Shown: positions 31,027-41,032, counted from the first letter of the stretch. The stretch: 64,000 nt of DNA from an uncultured Clostridia bacterium (GCA_947631455.1 CANRLH010000002.1:155312-219311), one strand, 5' to 3'. A program made the numbers and translations. Notes: generated from the sequence alone by a model not told the origin.

Positions 31027-32448
31027 ATGGGTGGATTTTTTGGAGCAATTTCAAAAAGAGACTGCGTTACAGATGTTTTTTTCGGAACCGATTATCACTC
31101 CCATTTGGGGACAAGAAGGGGCGGAATGACTTCATATTCGCCGGATATTGGATTCCAGAGAAATTTACATAGCATTGAAAACTCACCGTTTCGAACAAAG
31201 TTTGAAAAAGACATGGCGTCGATGAGGGGCAGACTGTGTATAGGATGTATAAGCGATACCGATCCGCAGCCTATTCTGATGACTACAAAGCTAGGCGTAT
31301 ACGCAGTATGCACGATAGGCGTAATTAACAATGCGGACGAGCTTCTCAATGAGCTTATTGAGAGCGGATGTTCGGGGTTTGAGGCAATGAGCAGCGGAAA
31401 GGTGAACAGTTCATCGCTTGCCGGAGTGCTTATCTCTCAGAAGTCAGATTTCACAGAGGGCATAAAGTATGCTCAGCAAAAAATCAAGGGCACGCTTTCG
31501 CTTTTGATAATGACTGAGAATAGCATTATCGCTGCAAGGGACAAGTCAGGAAGACTTCCGATAATAGTCGGAAAGAATGACGACGGATACTGCGTGTCGC
31601 TCGAGTCATTTGCATTTGAAAAGCTAGGCTATTCTATCTTTAAGGAGCTTTGCCCCGGTGAGATCGTAAGGCTTACCACTGATGGCGTTGAGGTATTGGA
31701 CAAGGGAAACAACAATTTAAAGATCTGTTCGTTTTTGTGGACATATTACGGATATCCCAACGCAGTTTACGAGGGGGTAAACGTAGAGGTCATGCGTGTT
31801 AGAAACGGTGAGCTTTTAGCTGAGCAGGATATAAAAAACGGCAGACTTCCAGATGTTGATTACGTGTGCGGAGTGCCTGATTCGGGAACACCTCATGCGA
31901 TAGGGTATGCTAATAAAAGCGGCATACCTTTTGCCAGACCGTTTATAAAATACACGCCTACATGGCCGAGGAGTTTTATGCCGGCCAGCCAGAACATAAG
32001 AAATCAGGTCGCGAAGATGAAGCTTATTCCGGTTACTGAGCTTATCAAGGGAAAAAAGCTTTTGTTTGTCGATGACAGCATAGTAAGAGGTACTCAGATG
32101 AGAGAAACGGTTGAGTTCCTGTATGAAAAGGGCGCAAAGGAAGTACATATGCGTTCTGCCTGTCCGCCTATTATGTACGGATGTAAGTATCTCAATTTTT
32201 CACGAAGCACATCAGAGCTTGAGCTTATCGCACGGCAGGTTATAAACGAAATTGAGGGGGAAGAGGGAATAAAGCATATAGACGAGTACAGCGATTCAAA
32301 CACTCAGCGCGGAAGAAAGCTGAGGGACGAGATCTGCAAAAGGCTGAAGCTCACCTCGCTTGAATTTCAGTCGCTCGACGGAACGGTTGAAGCCATAGGA
32401 CTTGACAGATGCAAGCTTTGCTCATATTGCTGGAACGGAAAGGAATGA
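31027..32448 (+). CDS. amidophosphoribosyltransferase-like paralog lacking the N-terminal Cys nucleophile
   Basis: 473 aa. It has an Ntn-amidotransferase-like N-domain beginning MGGFFG instead of (pro)CG. The PRTase motif LLFVDDSIVRGTQ is retained. Cys residues are at positions equivalent to the PurF 4Fe-4S ligands (KICSF, YGCKY, CKLCSYC). Confidence 0.75.
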   Translation: MGGFFGAISKRDCVTDVFFGTDYHSHLGTRRGGMTSYSPDIGFQRNLHSIENSPFRTKFEKDMASMRGRLCIGCISDTDPQPILMTTKLGVYAVCTIGVINNADELLNELIESGCSGFEAMSSGKVNSSSLAGVLISQKSDFTEGIKYAQQKIKGTLSLLIMTENSIIAARDKSGRLPIIVGKNDDGYCVSLESFAFEKLGYSIFKELCPGEIVRLTTDGVEVLDKGNNNLKICSFLWTYYGYPNAVYEGVNVEVMRVRNGELLAEQDIKNGRLPDVDYVCGVPDSGTPHAIGYANKSGIPFARPFIKYTPTWPRSFMPASQNIRNQVAKMKLIPVTELIKGKKLLFVDDSIVRGTQMRETVEFLYEKGAKEVHMRSACPPIMYGCKYLNFSRSTSELELIARQVINEIEGEEGIKHIDEYSDSNTQRGRKLRDEICKRLKLTSLEFQSLDGTVEAIGLDRCKLCSYCWNGKE

Positions 32449-32455
32449 AATCTCA

Positions 32456-33901
32456 ATGTTTGATTCAATGCACGAGGAATGCGGCGTATTCGGGATCTTT
32501 TCAAATTCCTCCTGCGACGTTGCACGACAGACTTATATAGGTCTTTATGCACTTCAGCACAGGGGACAGGAAAGCTGCGGAATCGTGGTAAACGACGACG
32601 GACTGTTTAATTATCACAAAGATTTAGGGCTTGTACACGAGGTGTTTGACAAGGAAGCCCTTGACGCTTTAGGTCAGGGACAGATAGCTATCGGCCACGT
32701 GAGGTATTCCACTACCGGAAAGTCCAACCGCTCAAACGCACAGCCTCTTGTGGTGCGCCATATAAAAGGGCCGATGTCGATAGCACACAACGGAAATCTC
32801 ATAAATGCACGCGAGCTTCGCGAGGAGTATGAGATGAAAGGAATGATATTTCACAACACAAACGATACCGAGGTCATCTCTTATGCGATCACCGAGCAGC
32901 GAATCCGATCAGGCTCCATTGAGGAGGCGATCGAAAAGGCGATGTATCGAATCAAGGGAGCGTACTCTTTGGTGGTTATGTCACCGTCAAAGCTAATTGC
33001 AGCAAGAGATCCTAACGGTTTTCGCCCTCTTTCGCTTGCCAGAACAGCTGACGGTTATGCGATCGCGAGTGAGACATGTGCCTTTGACAGCGTGGGTGCG
33101 CAGTTTATAAGAGATGTTGAACCGGGAGAGATAGTTGTTATCGACAAAAATGGTGTTCGAAGTATAAAAACCCACTGCGGAAGCCGAGGTCACATTTGCG
33201 TGTTTGAGTATATATATGTGGCAAGACCGGATTCCGTAATAGAGGGCTCAAGCGTTCATAAGGCGAGGCTAAGGGCAGGAAAGTATCTTTACCGTGAGCA
33301 TCCGGTAGAGGCGGATGTAGTAATTGGCGTTCCTGATTCGGGACTTGACGCTGCTTTGGGATTTTCGCAGGAAAGCGGCATACCATACGGAATAGGGTTT
33401 ACAAAAAACCGATATATCGGCAGAACGTTTATACAGCCCACGCAGTCTGAACGCACAAATTCGGTAAAGATAAAACTTAATGCCATATCTAACACAGTTA
33501 AGGGAAAGCGTGTCGTTATGATAGACGACAGCATAGTAAGAGGAACGACAAGTGCAAAGATCGTAAGACTTTTAAGGGATGCGGGAGCAACTGAGGTGCA
33601 TGTGAGAATATCGTCGCCGCCGTTTGTGTCGCCGTGCTTTTTCGGGATCGACATAGACTCAAAGGAAAATCTTATCGCCTGCAAGATGTCTGTAAGCGAG
33701 ATTTGCGAAAGCATAGGAGCAGACAGCCTTGAGTATCTTAGCGTTGAGAATGTAAAAAAGCTTGCAGGAATATCGCACTGCGATTTTTGCACCGGCTGCT
33801 TTACGGGAGAGTATCCAATGGACACACCAAAGGAGATGCCCAAGGACAAATTTGAGTCTAAGATAACAAGCGGAATGCAAATGCAATTTAACATAAACTG
33901 A
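32456..33901 (+). CDS. purF: amidophosphoribosyltransferase
   Basis: MFDSMHEECGVFGI (propeptide plus catalytic Cys), RHRGQESCGI, VVMIDDSIVRGTT and the Fe-S ligand motif CDFCTGCFTGEYP. Confidence 0.95.
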   Translation: MFDSMHEECGVFGIFSNSSCDVARQTYIGLYALQHRGQESCGIVVNDDGLFNYHKDLGLVHEVFDKEALDALGQGQIAIGHVRYSTTGKSNRSNAQPLVVRHIKGPMSIAHNGNLINARELREEYEMKGMIFHNTNDTEVISYAITEQRIRSGSIEEAIEKAMYRIKGAYSLVVMSPSKLIAARDPNGFRPLSLARTADGYAIASETCAFDSVGAQFIRDVEPGEIVVIDKNGVRSIKTHCGSRGHICVFEYIYVARPDSVIEGSSVHKARLRAGKYLYREHPVEADVVIGVPDSGLDAALGFSQESGIPYGIGFTKNRYIGRTFIQPTQSERTNSVKIKLNAISNTVKGKRVVMIDDSIVRGTTSAKIVRLLRDAGATEVHVRISSPPFVSPCFFGIDIDSKENLIACKMSVSEICESIGADSLEYLSVENVKKLAGISHCDFCTGCFTGEYPMDTPKEMPKDKFESKITSGMQMQFNIN

Positions 33902-33916
33902 AGGGAAGGAAACATT

Positions 33917-34951
33917 ATGAAAAGTTTTTCTCAAAGCTATAAGGAAGCGGGAGTTGACGTCACCGCGGGATATAAATCGGTAGAGCTTATGAAGCAGTAT
34001 GTTGCAAGGACAGTAACCGACGGAGTGTTAAGCGGAATAGGCGGCTTTGGCGGACTGTTTGAGCTTGATATGACCGGGATAAAAAAGCCGGTTCTGGTAT
34101 CCGGAACGGACGGAGTTGGAACAAAGCTCAAGATAGCGTTTTTGATGAATAAACACGACACGGTAGGCATAGACTGCGTAGCGATGTGCGTAAACGACAT
34201 TATCTGCTGCGGAGCAAAGCCGCAGTTCTTCCTTGATTATATAGCTGTCGGAAAAAACTATCCCGAAAAGGTAGCGCAAATAGTTTCAGGCGTGGCAGAG
34301 GGTTGTGTTCAGGCCGGCTGTGCTCTTGTTGGAGGGGAAACTGCTGAGATGCCGGGCTTTTATCCTGAGGACGAGTATGACCTTGCCGGATTTTCAGTTG
34401 GTGTTGTGGATAAGGACAATATACTTAAGCCTGATGAACAAAAGGCCGGAGATGTAATGATAGCGATTAAATCAAGCGGAGTGCATTCAAACGGATTTTC
34501 GCTTGTAAGAAAGGTCTTTACGGTGTCGGAATCTAATCTTGCACGCCACTATTCAGACCTTGGAACAACGCTTGGAAGCACTCTTTTAACACCGACAAAG
34601 ATATACGTAAAGGCAATTATGAATCTTATTGATAAGGTAAAGGTAAAGTCTATCTCGCATATAACGGGCGGCGGATTTTATGAAAACATTCCAAGAAGTC
34701 TGCCAAGTGGCCTTTCAGCTAAAATAGAAAAATCAGCAGTTGATATTCTTCCGATTTTCAGCCTGATACAGCAGACAGGAAAAATTCCTGAAAGAGATAT
34801 GTTCAACACCTTTAATATGGGCGTCGGAATGACCGTTGTCGTTGATAAAGAAGATGCCGACAAGGCTGTTTCGGCAATTAAGGAAGCAGGCGAGGATGCT
34901 TACGTACTGGGAGAGCTTGTAAAAAGTGACGATGGAGTAATTATCTGCTGA
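33917..34951 (+). CDS. purM: phosphoribosylformylglycinamidine cyclo-ligase (AIR synthetase)
   Basis: [28 protein letters not shown] and GGETAEMPG motifs. Confidence 0.95.
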   Translation: MKSFSQSYKEAGVDVTAGYKSVELMKQYVARTVTDGVLSGIGGFGGLFELDMTGIKKPVLVSGTDGVGTKLKIAFLMNKHDTVGIDCVAMCVNDIICCGAKPQFFLDYIAVGKNYPEKVAQIVSGVAEGCVQAGCALVGGETAEMPGFYPEDEYDLAGFSVGVVDKDNILKPDEQKAGDVMIAIKSSGVHSNGFSLVRKVFTVSESNLARHYSDLGTTLGSTLLTPTKIYVKAIMNLIDKVKVKSISHITGGGFYENIPRSLPSGLSAKIEKSAVDILPIFSLIQQTGKIPERDMFNTFNMGVGMTVVVDKEDADKAVSAIKEAGEDAYVLGELVKSDDGVIIC

Positions 34952-34970
34952 TAGCAACGGAGTGGTAAAT

Positions 34971-35597
34971 ATGAAAAACATAGTAGTGCTTGTTTCCGGC
35001 GGCGGAACGAATCTTCAGGCGCTTATTGACGCTGAAAAGAGAGGAGATATCAAGGGCGGTAAGATCACTTGTGTGATCTCCTCAAAAGAGGGCGCGTATG
35101 CTCTTGAGCGTGCTGAGAAAAACGGCATAAAGACCGTGACTTTGCCAAGAAAGCATTTTTCCGACAATCTTGCCTATTCAAAAGCGCTTTTGAGAATACT
35201 TGATGAGCAAAAAGCCGATCTTATCGTGTATGCGGGCTTTATGACGATACTTGACCATATCGTGTGCGACGCATATCCTAATAGGATGATAAACGTGCAC
35301 CCAGCTCTGATACCGTCGTTTTGCGGAAAAGGCTTTTACGGACTTCACGTGCATGAGGCAGTACTTGAAAAGGGTGTGAAGCTTACAGGCGCAACGGTGC
35401 ATTTTGTCACAGCCGAGTGCGATGCAGGACCTATAATACTCCAAAAGGCGGTAGAAGTTCATCAGGACGACACGCCGGAGGTTTTGCAAAAAAGAGTAAT
35501 GGAAGAAGCAGAGTGGAAAATACTTCCTAAGGCGGTTTCATTGTTTTGCGAGGAAAGGATCAGGGTCGTTGACCAAAAGGCATATATCGACCTTTGA
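34971..35597 (+). CDS. purN: phosphoribosylglycinamide formyltransferase
   Basis: IVVLVSGGGTNLQALID, INVHPALIPSF and GATVHFV motifs. Confidence 0.95.
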   Translation: MKNIVVLVSGGGTNLQALIDAEKRGDIKGGKITCVISSKEGAYALERAEKNGIKTVTLPRKHFSDNLAYSKALLRILDEQKADLIVYAGFMTILDHIVCDAYPNRMINVHPALIPSFCGKGFYGLHVHEAVLEKGVKLTGATVHFVTAECDAGPIILQKAVEVHQDDTPEVLQKRVMEEAEWKILPKAVSLFCEERIRVVDQKAYIDL

Positions 35598-35646
35598 GTA
35601 TTGAATTCAGGTTCTTATTTAAGAAATAATATATAGGAGGACAAAT

Positions 35647-36360
35647 ATGAAAACACTTGACATTTTTGATGAGCTTAAGTCTAATCCTTATCCCGGAAGG
35701 GGAATTATCATCGGAAAATCAGATGACGGTAAAAAGGCAGTAACGGCATACTTTATTATGGGCAGATCGGAAAATTCACGTAACCGTGTTTTTACGCCGA
35801 CAGAGGATGGTATAAAGACCGAGGCGTATGATCCCTCAAAGCTTACCGATCCGCATCTTATCATCTATTCTCCGGTAAAAGTTCTGGGAAACAAGACGAT
35901 AGTCACAAACGGAGATCAGACAGATACCATTTACGAGCTTATGGATAAGCAGCAGACCTTTGAGCAGGCTCTAAGAACAAGGGAGTATGAGGACGACGCA
36001 CCGAATTACACCCCCAGGATTTCGGGAATAATGCACATAGAAAACGGTGAATATAATTACGCTTTTTCTATTATCAAAAGCGCTGACGGTGATCCTGACT
36101 GCACCGAGAGATTCACCTTTACATATACCAATCCGATAAACGGATACGGCCATTTTATACATACGTATATGGGAGACGGAGATCCGCTTCCAAGCTTTGA
36201 GGGAGAGCCGAAAAAGATAAGAATTCCTAATGATATCGACAGCTTTACCGATTCGCTCTGGAAAAGCTTGAATGAAGACAATAAGGTGTCGTTGTTTGTA
36301 AGGTTTATTGATATTGAATCAGGCAAGGCCGACACGAGAATTGTAAATAAAAATAAGTAG
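35647..36360 (+). CDS. IMP cyclohydrolase, PurO-like (archaeal-type) family
   Basis: 237 aa with N-terminus NPYPGRGIIIGKSDDGKKAVTAYFIMGRSENSRNRVF. It is adjacent to an AICARFT-only gene, which fits a split PurH function. Confidence 0.75.
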   Translation: MKTLDIFDELKSNPYPGRGIIIGKSDDGKKAVTAYFIMGRSENSRNRVFTPTEDGIKTEAYDPSKLTDPHLIIYSPVKVLGNKTIVTNGDQTDTIYELMDKQQTFEQALRTREYEDDAPNYTPRISGIMHIENGEYNYAFSIIKSADGDPDCTERFTFTYTNPINGYGHFIHTYMGDGDPLPSFEGEPKKIRIPNDIDSFTDSLWKSLNEDNKVSLFVRFIDIESGKADTRIVNKNK

Positions 36361-36374
36361 AAAGGGGCACAAAA

Positions 36375-37559
36375 ATGGCAAATGAAATGCTTTTAAAGTA
36401 CGGCTGTAATCCAAATCAGAAGCCGTCCAGGGTATTTATGAAAGACGGAGCGGAGCTTCCGATCGAGGTGTTAAACGGCAAGCCGGGATATATAAATCTT
36501 CTTGATGCGTTTAACGGCTGGCAGCTTGTAAAGGAGCTTAAAAAGGCAACGGGAGTTTGTGCGGCGACATCATTTAAGCACGTTTCTCCGGCAGGGGCAG
36601 CAATAGGCAGACCGCTTAGCGATACTCTTAAGAAGATTTATTGGGTAGATGATCTAGGAGAGCTTTCGCCTCTCGCCTGTGCTTATGCAAGAGCAAGAGG
36701 AGCGGACAGAATGTCGTCATACGGCGATTTTATAGCTCTTTCCGATGAGTGCGATGTTTCAACCGCAAGGATGATCCAGCGGGAGGTTTCTGACGGAGTA
36801 ATAGCTCCGGGATACACAGCAGAGGCTCTTGAGATTTTAAAGAGCAAGCGCAAGGGAACTTATAACATCATAAAGATCGATGAAAACTATGCGCCTGAAA
36901 TGATTGAAACCAAGGATGTTTACGGTGTGACTTTTGAACAGGGAAGAAACGAGCTTGACATAAACAAAGAGATGATCGTTTCAAATATAGTTACGGAAAA
37001 TAAGGATATTCCAAAGGACAAGATAGAGGATCTGATCATTTCGCTTATTACGCTTAAGTATACTCAGTCAAATTCGGTTTGCTATGTAAAGGACGGTCAG
37101 GCGATAGGAATAGGAGCGGGACAGCAGTCGAGGATCCACTGTACGCGCCTTGCGGGAAATAAGGCTGACAACTGGTGGCTGAGACAGTCGCCGCAGGTTT
37201 TATCTCTTGATTTCGTAGACGGAATACGCCGACCTGACAGAGATAACGCGATAGATGTATACATTTCAGACGAGTATGAGGATGTGCTAAAGGACGGCGA
37301 GTGGCAGAGAATTTTCAAGACAAAGCCGCCGGTTTTCACAAGAGAAGAGAAAAAAGCGTGGCTTGCAAAGAATACCGATGTGTGCCTTGGCTCTGACGCG
37401 TTCTTCCCGTTTGGGGATAATATCGAGAGGGCAAGAAAGAGCGGCGTATGCTATATTGCAGAGCCTGGCGGTTCTATAAGAGACGATAATGTGATTGAGA
37501 CCTGCAATAAATACGGTATGGCGATGTCATTTACAGGAATAAGACTGTTCCATCACTGA
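36375..37559 (+). CDS. purH: AICAR formyltransferase (PurH C-terminal domain only, no MGS-like IMPCH domain)
   Basis: 394 aa with LKYGCNPNQ, SFKHVSPAGAA, GIGAGQQSRIHC and EPGGSIRD motifs. Confidence 0.85.
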   Translation: MANEMLLKYGCNPNQKPSRVFMKDGAELPIEVLNGKPGYINLLDAFNGWQLVKELKKATGVCAATSFKHVSPAGAAIGRPLSDTLKKIYWVDDLGELSPLACAYARARGADRMSSYGDFIALSDECDVSTARMIQREVSDGVIAPGYTAEALEILKSKRKGTYNIIKIDENYAPEMIETKDVYGVTFEQGRNELDINKEMIVSNIVTENKDIPKDKIEDLIISLITLKYTQSNSVCYVKDGQAIGIGAGQQSRIHCTRLAGNKADNWWLRQSPQVLSLDFVDGIRRPDRDNAIDVYISDEYEDVLKDGEWQRIFKTKPPVFTREEKKAWLAKNTDVCLGSDAFFPFGDNIERARKSGVCYIAEPGGSIRDDNVIETCNKYGMAMSFTGIRLFHH

Positions 37560-37610
37560 TAGACTAATAGTGGGTAATAATTTTATAAAATAAAATACAG
37601 GAGGATAATT

Positions 37611-38252
37611 ATGAATAAGAAAATTATTGCATTATGTGCATGCGCTGCAATGGCGCTTTCGTTTGCCGCATGCTCGGACGATGATTCGTCAAAAAACGGT
37701 GAGGATAATTTGAAAAACAGAACTACTACCTCAGCCACAACTCCTGATTCTTCAGCAGGGGGTCAGAATTCGGGAACAACAGCAAGCTCAAGCGTAGCTA
37801 TTGTTGACGGAGAGATCGACACGCTTCATTATGACATTGAAGTTGGCAACAACTGGGAGCTCAGCACCGGTAACGATTCTTTGTTAATGCTTATGAGAAA
37901 GGGAGCAAATGAAGAGGAGAGCGCGTCTAATATTTCGATCATGTATACCAATCAATTCAGCCAGATGACTGCTGATCAGTGCCTTGACGCTTTGGTTAAA
38001 CAGTACAACGGAATGGAAGATTACACGGTCGAATCTTCTGAGACAAAGAGAATAGATGACTATAACGCATGTGAGGTCGTTCTATCAGCCAGTCTTTCCG
38101 GCAAAACTGCAAAAATCAAGCAGATATGCATTCTTGATGATGAAAACGACCAAAATGCAGTTATTTTGACTTTTACTGCGCTTTCAGACTATTATGACTC
38201 CATTGTGGGCGAGGTTGACAGAATGGCGGCTTCAGTTGATTTTGAAGATTAG
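37611..38252 (+). CDS. hypothetical lipoprotein
   Basis: The signal peptide has the lipobox LSFAAC at the signal cleavage site and is followed by a Ser/Thr-rich linker. AGGAGG RBS. Confidence 0.6.
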   Translation: MNKKIIALCACAAMALSFAACSDDDSSKNGEDNLKNRTTTSATTPDSSAGGQNSGTTASSSVAIVDGEIDTLHYDIEVGNNWELSTGNDSLLMLMRKGANEEESASNISIMYTNQFSQMTADQCLDALVKQYNGMEDYTVESSETKRIDDYNACEVVLSASLSGKTAKIKQICILDDENDQNAVILTFTALSDYYDSIVGEVDRMAASVDFED

Positions 38253-38311
38253 TAAAGACAAATAAGTCATAATTCAAACACTCTAGTGAAAAATTATAAT
38301 GGAAAATGCAC

Positions 38312-38352
38312 GCAAGCAGCTGCCTTCTGGTGGCTGCTTGTATTTTATTTTT
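38312..38352 (+). terminator. intrinsic terminator after the lipoprotein gene / end of pur operon
   Basis: Stem GCAAGCAGC / GCTGCTTG followed by TATTTTATTTTT. Confidence 0.7.
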
Positions 38353-38617
38353 AAGTTAGTTGAAATAATAAGCCGAGCTTATTAGCAAGATATACTTGGT
38401 AACAATTGGTTTGATATAGAGCTTTTTAAAGTGCCGTTTAAAATCCGGCGGCATTTTATGCTGTTTATTTCAAATTGAAAACAATATTTGACACGAAGAC
38501 AAATTTTTTCTGTCATAAGAGGTATAATTATATATAATGATGGATATTTCTGACACTTTTTGCTATAATAATTTTAATATAAGTTATAAACTGCTAAAAT
38601 AAATGAGGTGAAAGTGA

Positions 38618-40786
38618 ATGAAGTATTATGCCCATAAATCAGAGGATAATAGATTGCAGACCGTTAAAGATCACCTTTTTTCTGTTGCAAAAATGGCGGA
38701 GTCGTTTTCTGCTCAGTTATTTAAGGAGATCGCGTATACTTCCGGATTGCTGCATGATATAGGTAAGTATTCCGAAAGATTTCAAAAAAGACTTAACGGA
38801 GATAATATAAGGTATGAGCATTCGTGCTGCGGTGCCATAGAGTGTTATAAATTAAGCGGGGACAGAAATCCCATAGCGTTGATGCTTGAGTACTGTATAT
38901 CGGGACATCATTCGGGTATTCCTGACGGTGGAACAAAAATAGACAGAGCGCATAACAACGTTACTCTTCACAGCCGCTTAAAGCGTGCTATGGATTACGT
39001 GGGCGAATCTGATTATAGTGCATACAAAAAAGAGATCGGCCTGAGCGTTCCGGATGGAACAGCAATTTTAAATGAACTTTTATCAACCAATAATAAGAAA
39101 GAAATAATCGAAAGGTTTGCGTTCTTTACACGATATATTTTTTCCTGCCTTACAGACGCTGATTTTCTGGATACTGAAGAATTCTGTCAACCTATGTTAG
39201 ACAGAAAACTTAAAGCGGATTTCGTTGCTGTTAAACGTGCGGTAGAGGATAGATTAAGAGGCTTCACGCAGGATACTCCGCTGAAACAGGCAAGAAGCAG
39301 ATTGCAGATGCAGGCATATAACAATGCAAATACATCCGGCAATATAAGTATTTTGAATATGCCGACAGGAAGCGGTAAAACACTTTGCAGCCTTAATATT
39401 GCTCTTAGTAAGCTTATGAAATCCGGCAGCACAAAGAAGCGTATCATTTATTTGATACCGTATACCAGTGTTATTGAACAGACAGCAGATACATTTAAAA
39501 GAATTTTTGGAAAATATGCCGATATCTTGCAGCACCATTCAAATTATGTTTTCGATAGTGACGAGGATGAGGAAACAGATACGTTAAACAAACTGAAAAG
39601 AGCAACAGAAAATTGGGACGCGCCTTTTATAATAACAACCAACGTACAGTTTTTTCAGTCGCTTTATCATTACAAAGGCTCAGGCTTAAGAAAACTTCAC
39701 AATGTTGGTGATTCTGTTATAATATTCGATGAAATACACCTTCTGCCGATCAATATGCTTCAGCCGTGCCTGAGAGGTATAGGCTATATTACAAAATACT
39801 TAAACAGCGAGGCAATTTTTCTTTCGGCGACAATGCCTGATTTTGATAAGTTGTTTAAAAGGTATATGCCAGACTGCACAGTTACAAAGCTGATGACAGA
39901 CAAAGATGATTTTAAATATTTTAAAAAGTGCAGGTACATAAATCTTGGGAAAAAGGATTACAACGGAATACTTGAAAAATCCTCACAATATTCAAACAGT
40001 CTTATAGTGGTAAACAGAAAAAAGACCGCACAGGAATTGTATAGAAGTATGTCGGGGAAAAAATATCATCTTTCAACTTATATGACTCCTCATGACCGCT
40101 CAAGAGTAATCAAATCAATACGCGATGAATTGAAAGGCTCAGAAAGGATAACTGTTGTTTCAACATCGCTTATTGAGGTAGGAGTAGATCTTGACTTTAA
40201 GGCGGTATTTCGCCAAATGGCGGGACTTGACAATATCCTTCAGACTGGAGGAAGATGTAACCGTGACGGAAATGAGGATAGCGGAGACGTATTTGTATTT
40301 GAATTTGACGAAAAACCCGCCAGAGATTTGCAGGGCCCTATAGACATAGTGAAGCACCTTATCAATAAATATGATGATATATCCTCTACCGAATGTATTG
40401 AGGAGTATTACAGTCGGCTTTATGACTCAAATGATGACATAATTGTAAAAAACTCCATTTCGGAATATGCATCAGGAATTGACAATATTCCTTTCAGAAC
40501 ATACGCCAGGAATTTCGAATTTATCAATGAAGAAACAATAGGTATAGTTATAAATAACTGCGATAAGTCCGAAGAACTTGTGCAGAGACTTAAAAACAAG
40601 GACTATACGGCGAAAAGAGAACTTCAGAGGTATACCGTTTCCTTGCGGCGCTATGAATTTGAACAAGCCTTGAAGCTTGGCATAATTGACGATTTCGGCA
40701 CAGGAGTGTTTATGCTAACAAACAACGATTATTACAGCAATGAAACAGGACTTGATATGGAAATGTATAATGATATTATTCTATGA
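38618..40786 (+). CDS. cas3: CRISPR-associated nuclease-helicase Cas3 (HD + SF2 helicase)
   Basis: HD motif LLHDIGKYSERFQ, Walker A MPTGSGKT and motif II FDEIH. First gene of a type I-C operon. Confidence 0.9.
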   Translation: MKYYAHKSEDNRLQTVKDHLFSVAKMAESFSAQLFKEIAYTSGLLHDIGKYSERFQKRLNGDNIRYEHSCCGAIECYKLSGDRNPIALMLEYCISGHHSGIPDGGTKIDRAHNNVTLHSRLKRAMDYVGESDYSAYKKEIGLSVPDGTAILNELLSTNNKKEIIERFAFFTRYIFSCLTDADFLDTEEFCQPMLDRKLKADFVAVKRAVEDRLRGFTQDTPLKQARSRLQMQAYNNANTSGNISILNMPTGSGKTLCSLNIALSKLMKSGSTKKRIIYLIPYTSVIEQTADTFKRIFGKYADILQHHSNYVFDSDEDEETDTLNKLKRATENWDAPFIITTNVQFFQSLYHYKGSGLRKLHNVGDSVIIFDEIHLLPINMLQPCLRGIGYITKYLNSEAIFLSATMPDFDKLFKRYMPDCTVTKLMTDKDDFKYFKKCRYINLGKKDYNGILEKSSQYSNSLIVVNRKKTAQELYRSMSGKKYHLSTYMTPHDRSRVIKSIRDELKGSERITVVSTSLIEVGVDLDFKAVFRQMAGLDNILQTGGRCNRDGNEDSGDVFVFEFDEKPARDLQGPIDIVKHLINKYDDISSTECIEEYYSRLYDSNDDIIVKNSISEYASGIDNIPFRTYARNFEFINEETIGIVINNCDKSEELVQRLKNKDYTAKRELQRYTVSLRRYEFEQALKLGIIDDFGTGVFMLTNNDYYSNETGLDMEMYNDIIL

Positions 40787-40792
40787 TAAAAA

Positions 40793-40823
40793 AGTGGGCA
40801 GCTATACTGGGAAGCTGCCCACT
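40793..40823. other. 10-bp hairpin just after the cas3 stop
   Basis: AGTGGGCAGC / GCTGCCCACT. There is an A-run on the 5' side and no T-run on the 3' side, so the U-tract exists only for minus-strand reading. Confidence 0.4.
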
Positions 40824-41032
40824 AAGTCCTTAGACTATAATATAAATAATACATTTCAACTCACTGCTTACGCAGACATGTTTATTATACTACATTACTT
40901 AGCAAAAATCAAGAGTTGTTAAATATTACCAAAAACGCGCATTGAAATTTGTGCATTTTTAATCTTGCAATTATATGCGATATGATTTATATTATAAATA
41001 ATACAAGTTGTAACTGAGAGGGGGGTGAACTT

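Noticed and set aside
40740-40922. 60-aa plus-strand ORF spanning the cas3 stop and the cas3-cas5 gap, considered as a possible small accessory or anti-CRISPR-like gene.
   Set aside because: It starts inside cas3 in another frame, has no RBS and runs through the 40793-40823 hairpin. Its composition looks like translated AT-rich spacer DNA.
38253-41032. Searched the cas flanks and gaps (38253-38617, 40787-41032, 48764-48952) for extra defence, toxin-antitoxin, anti-CRISPR/aca or transposase genes that might form a novel system.
   Set aside because: I found no ORF with a plausible RBS and length in either strand, only hairpins and promoter-like AT-rich DNA. No mobile-element ends or tRNA attachment sites were recognised.
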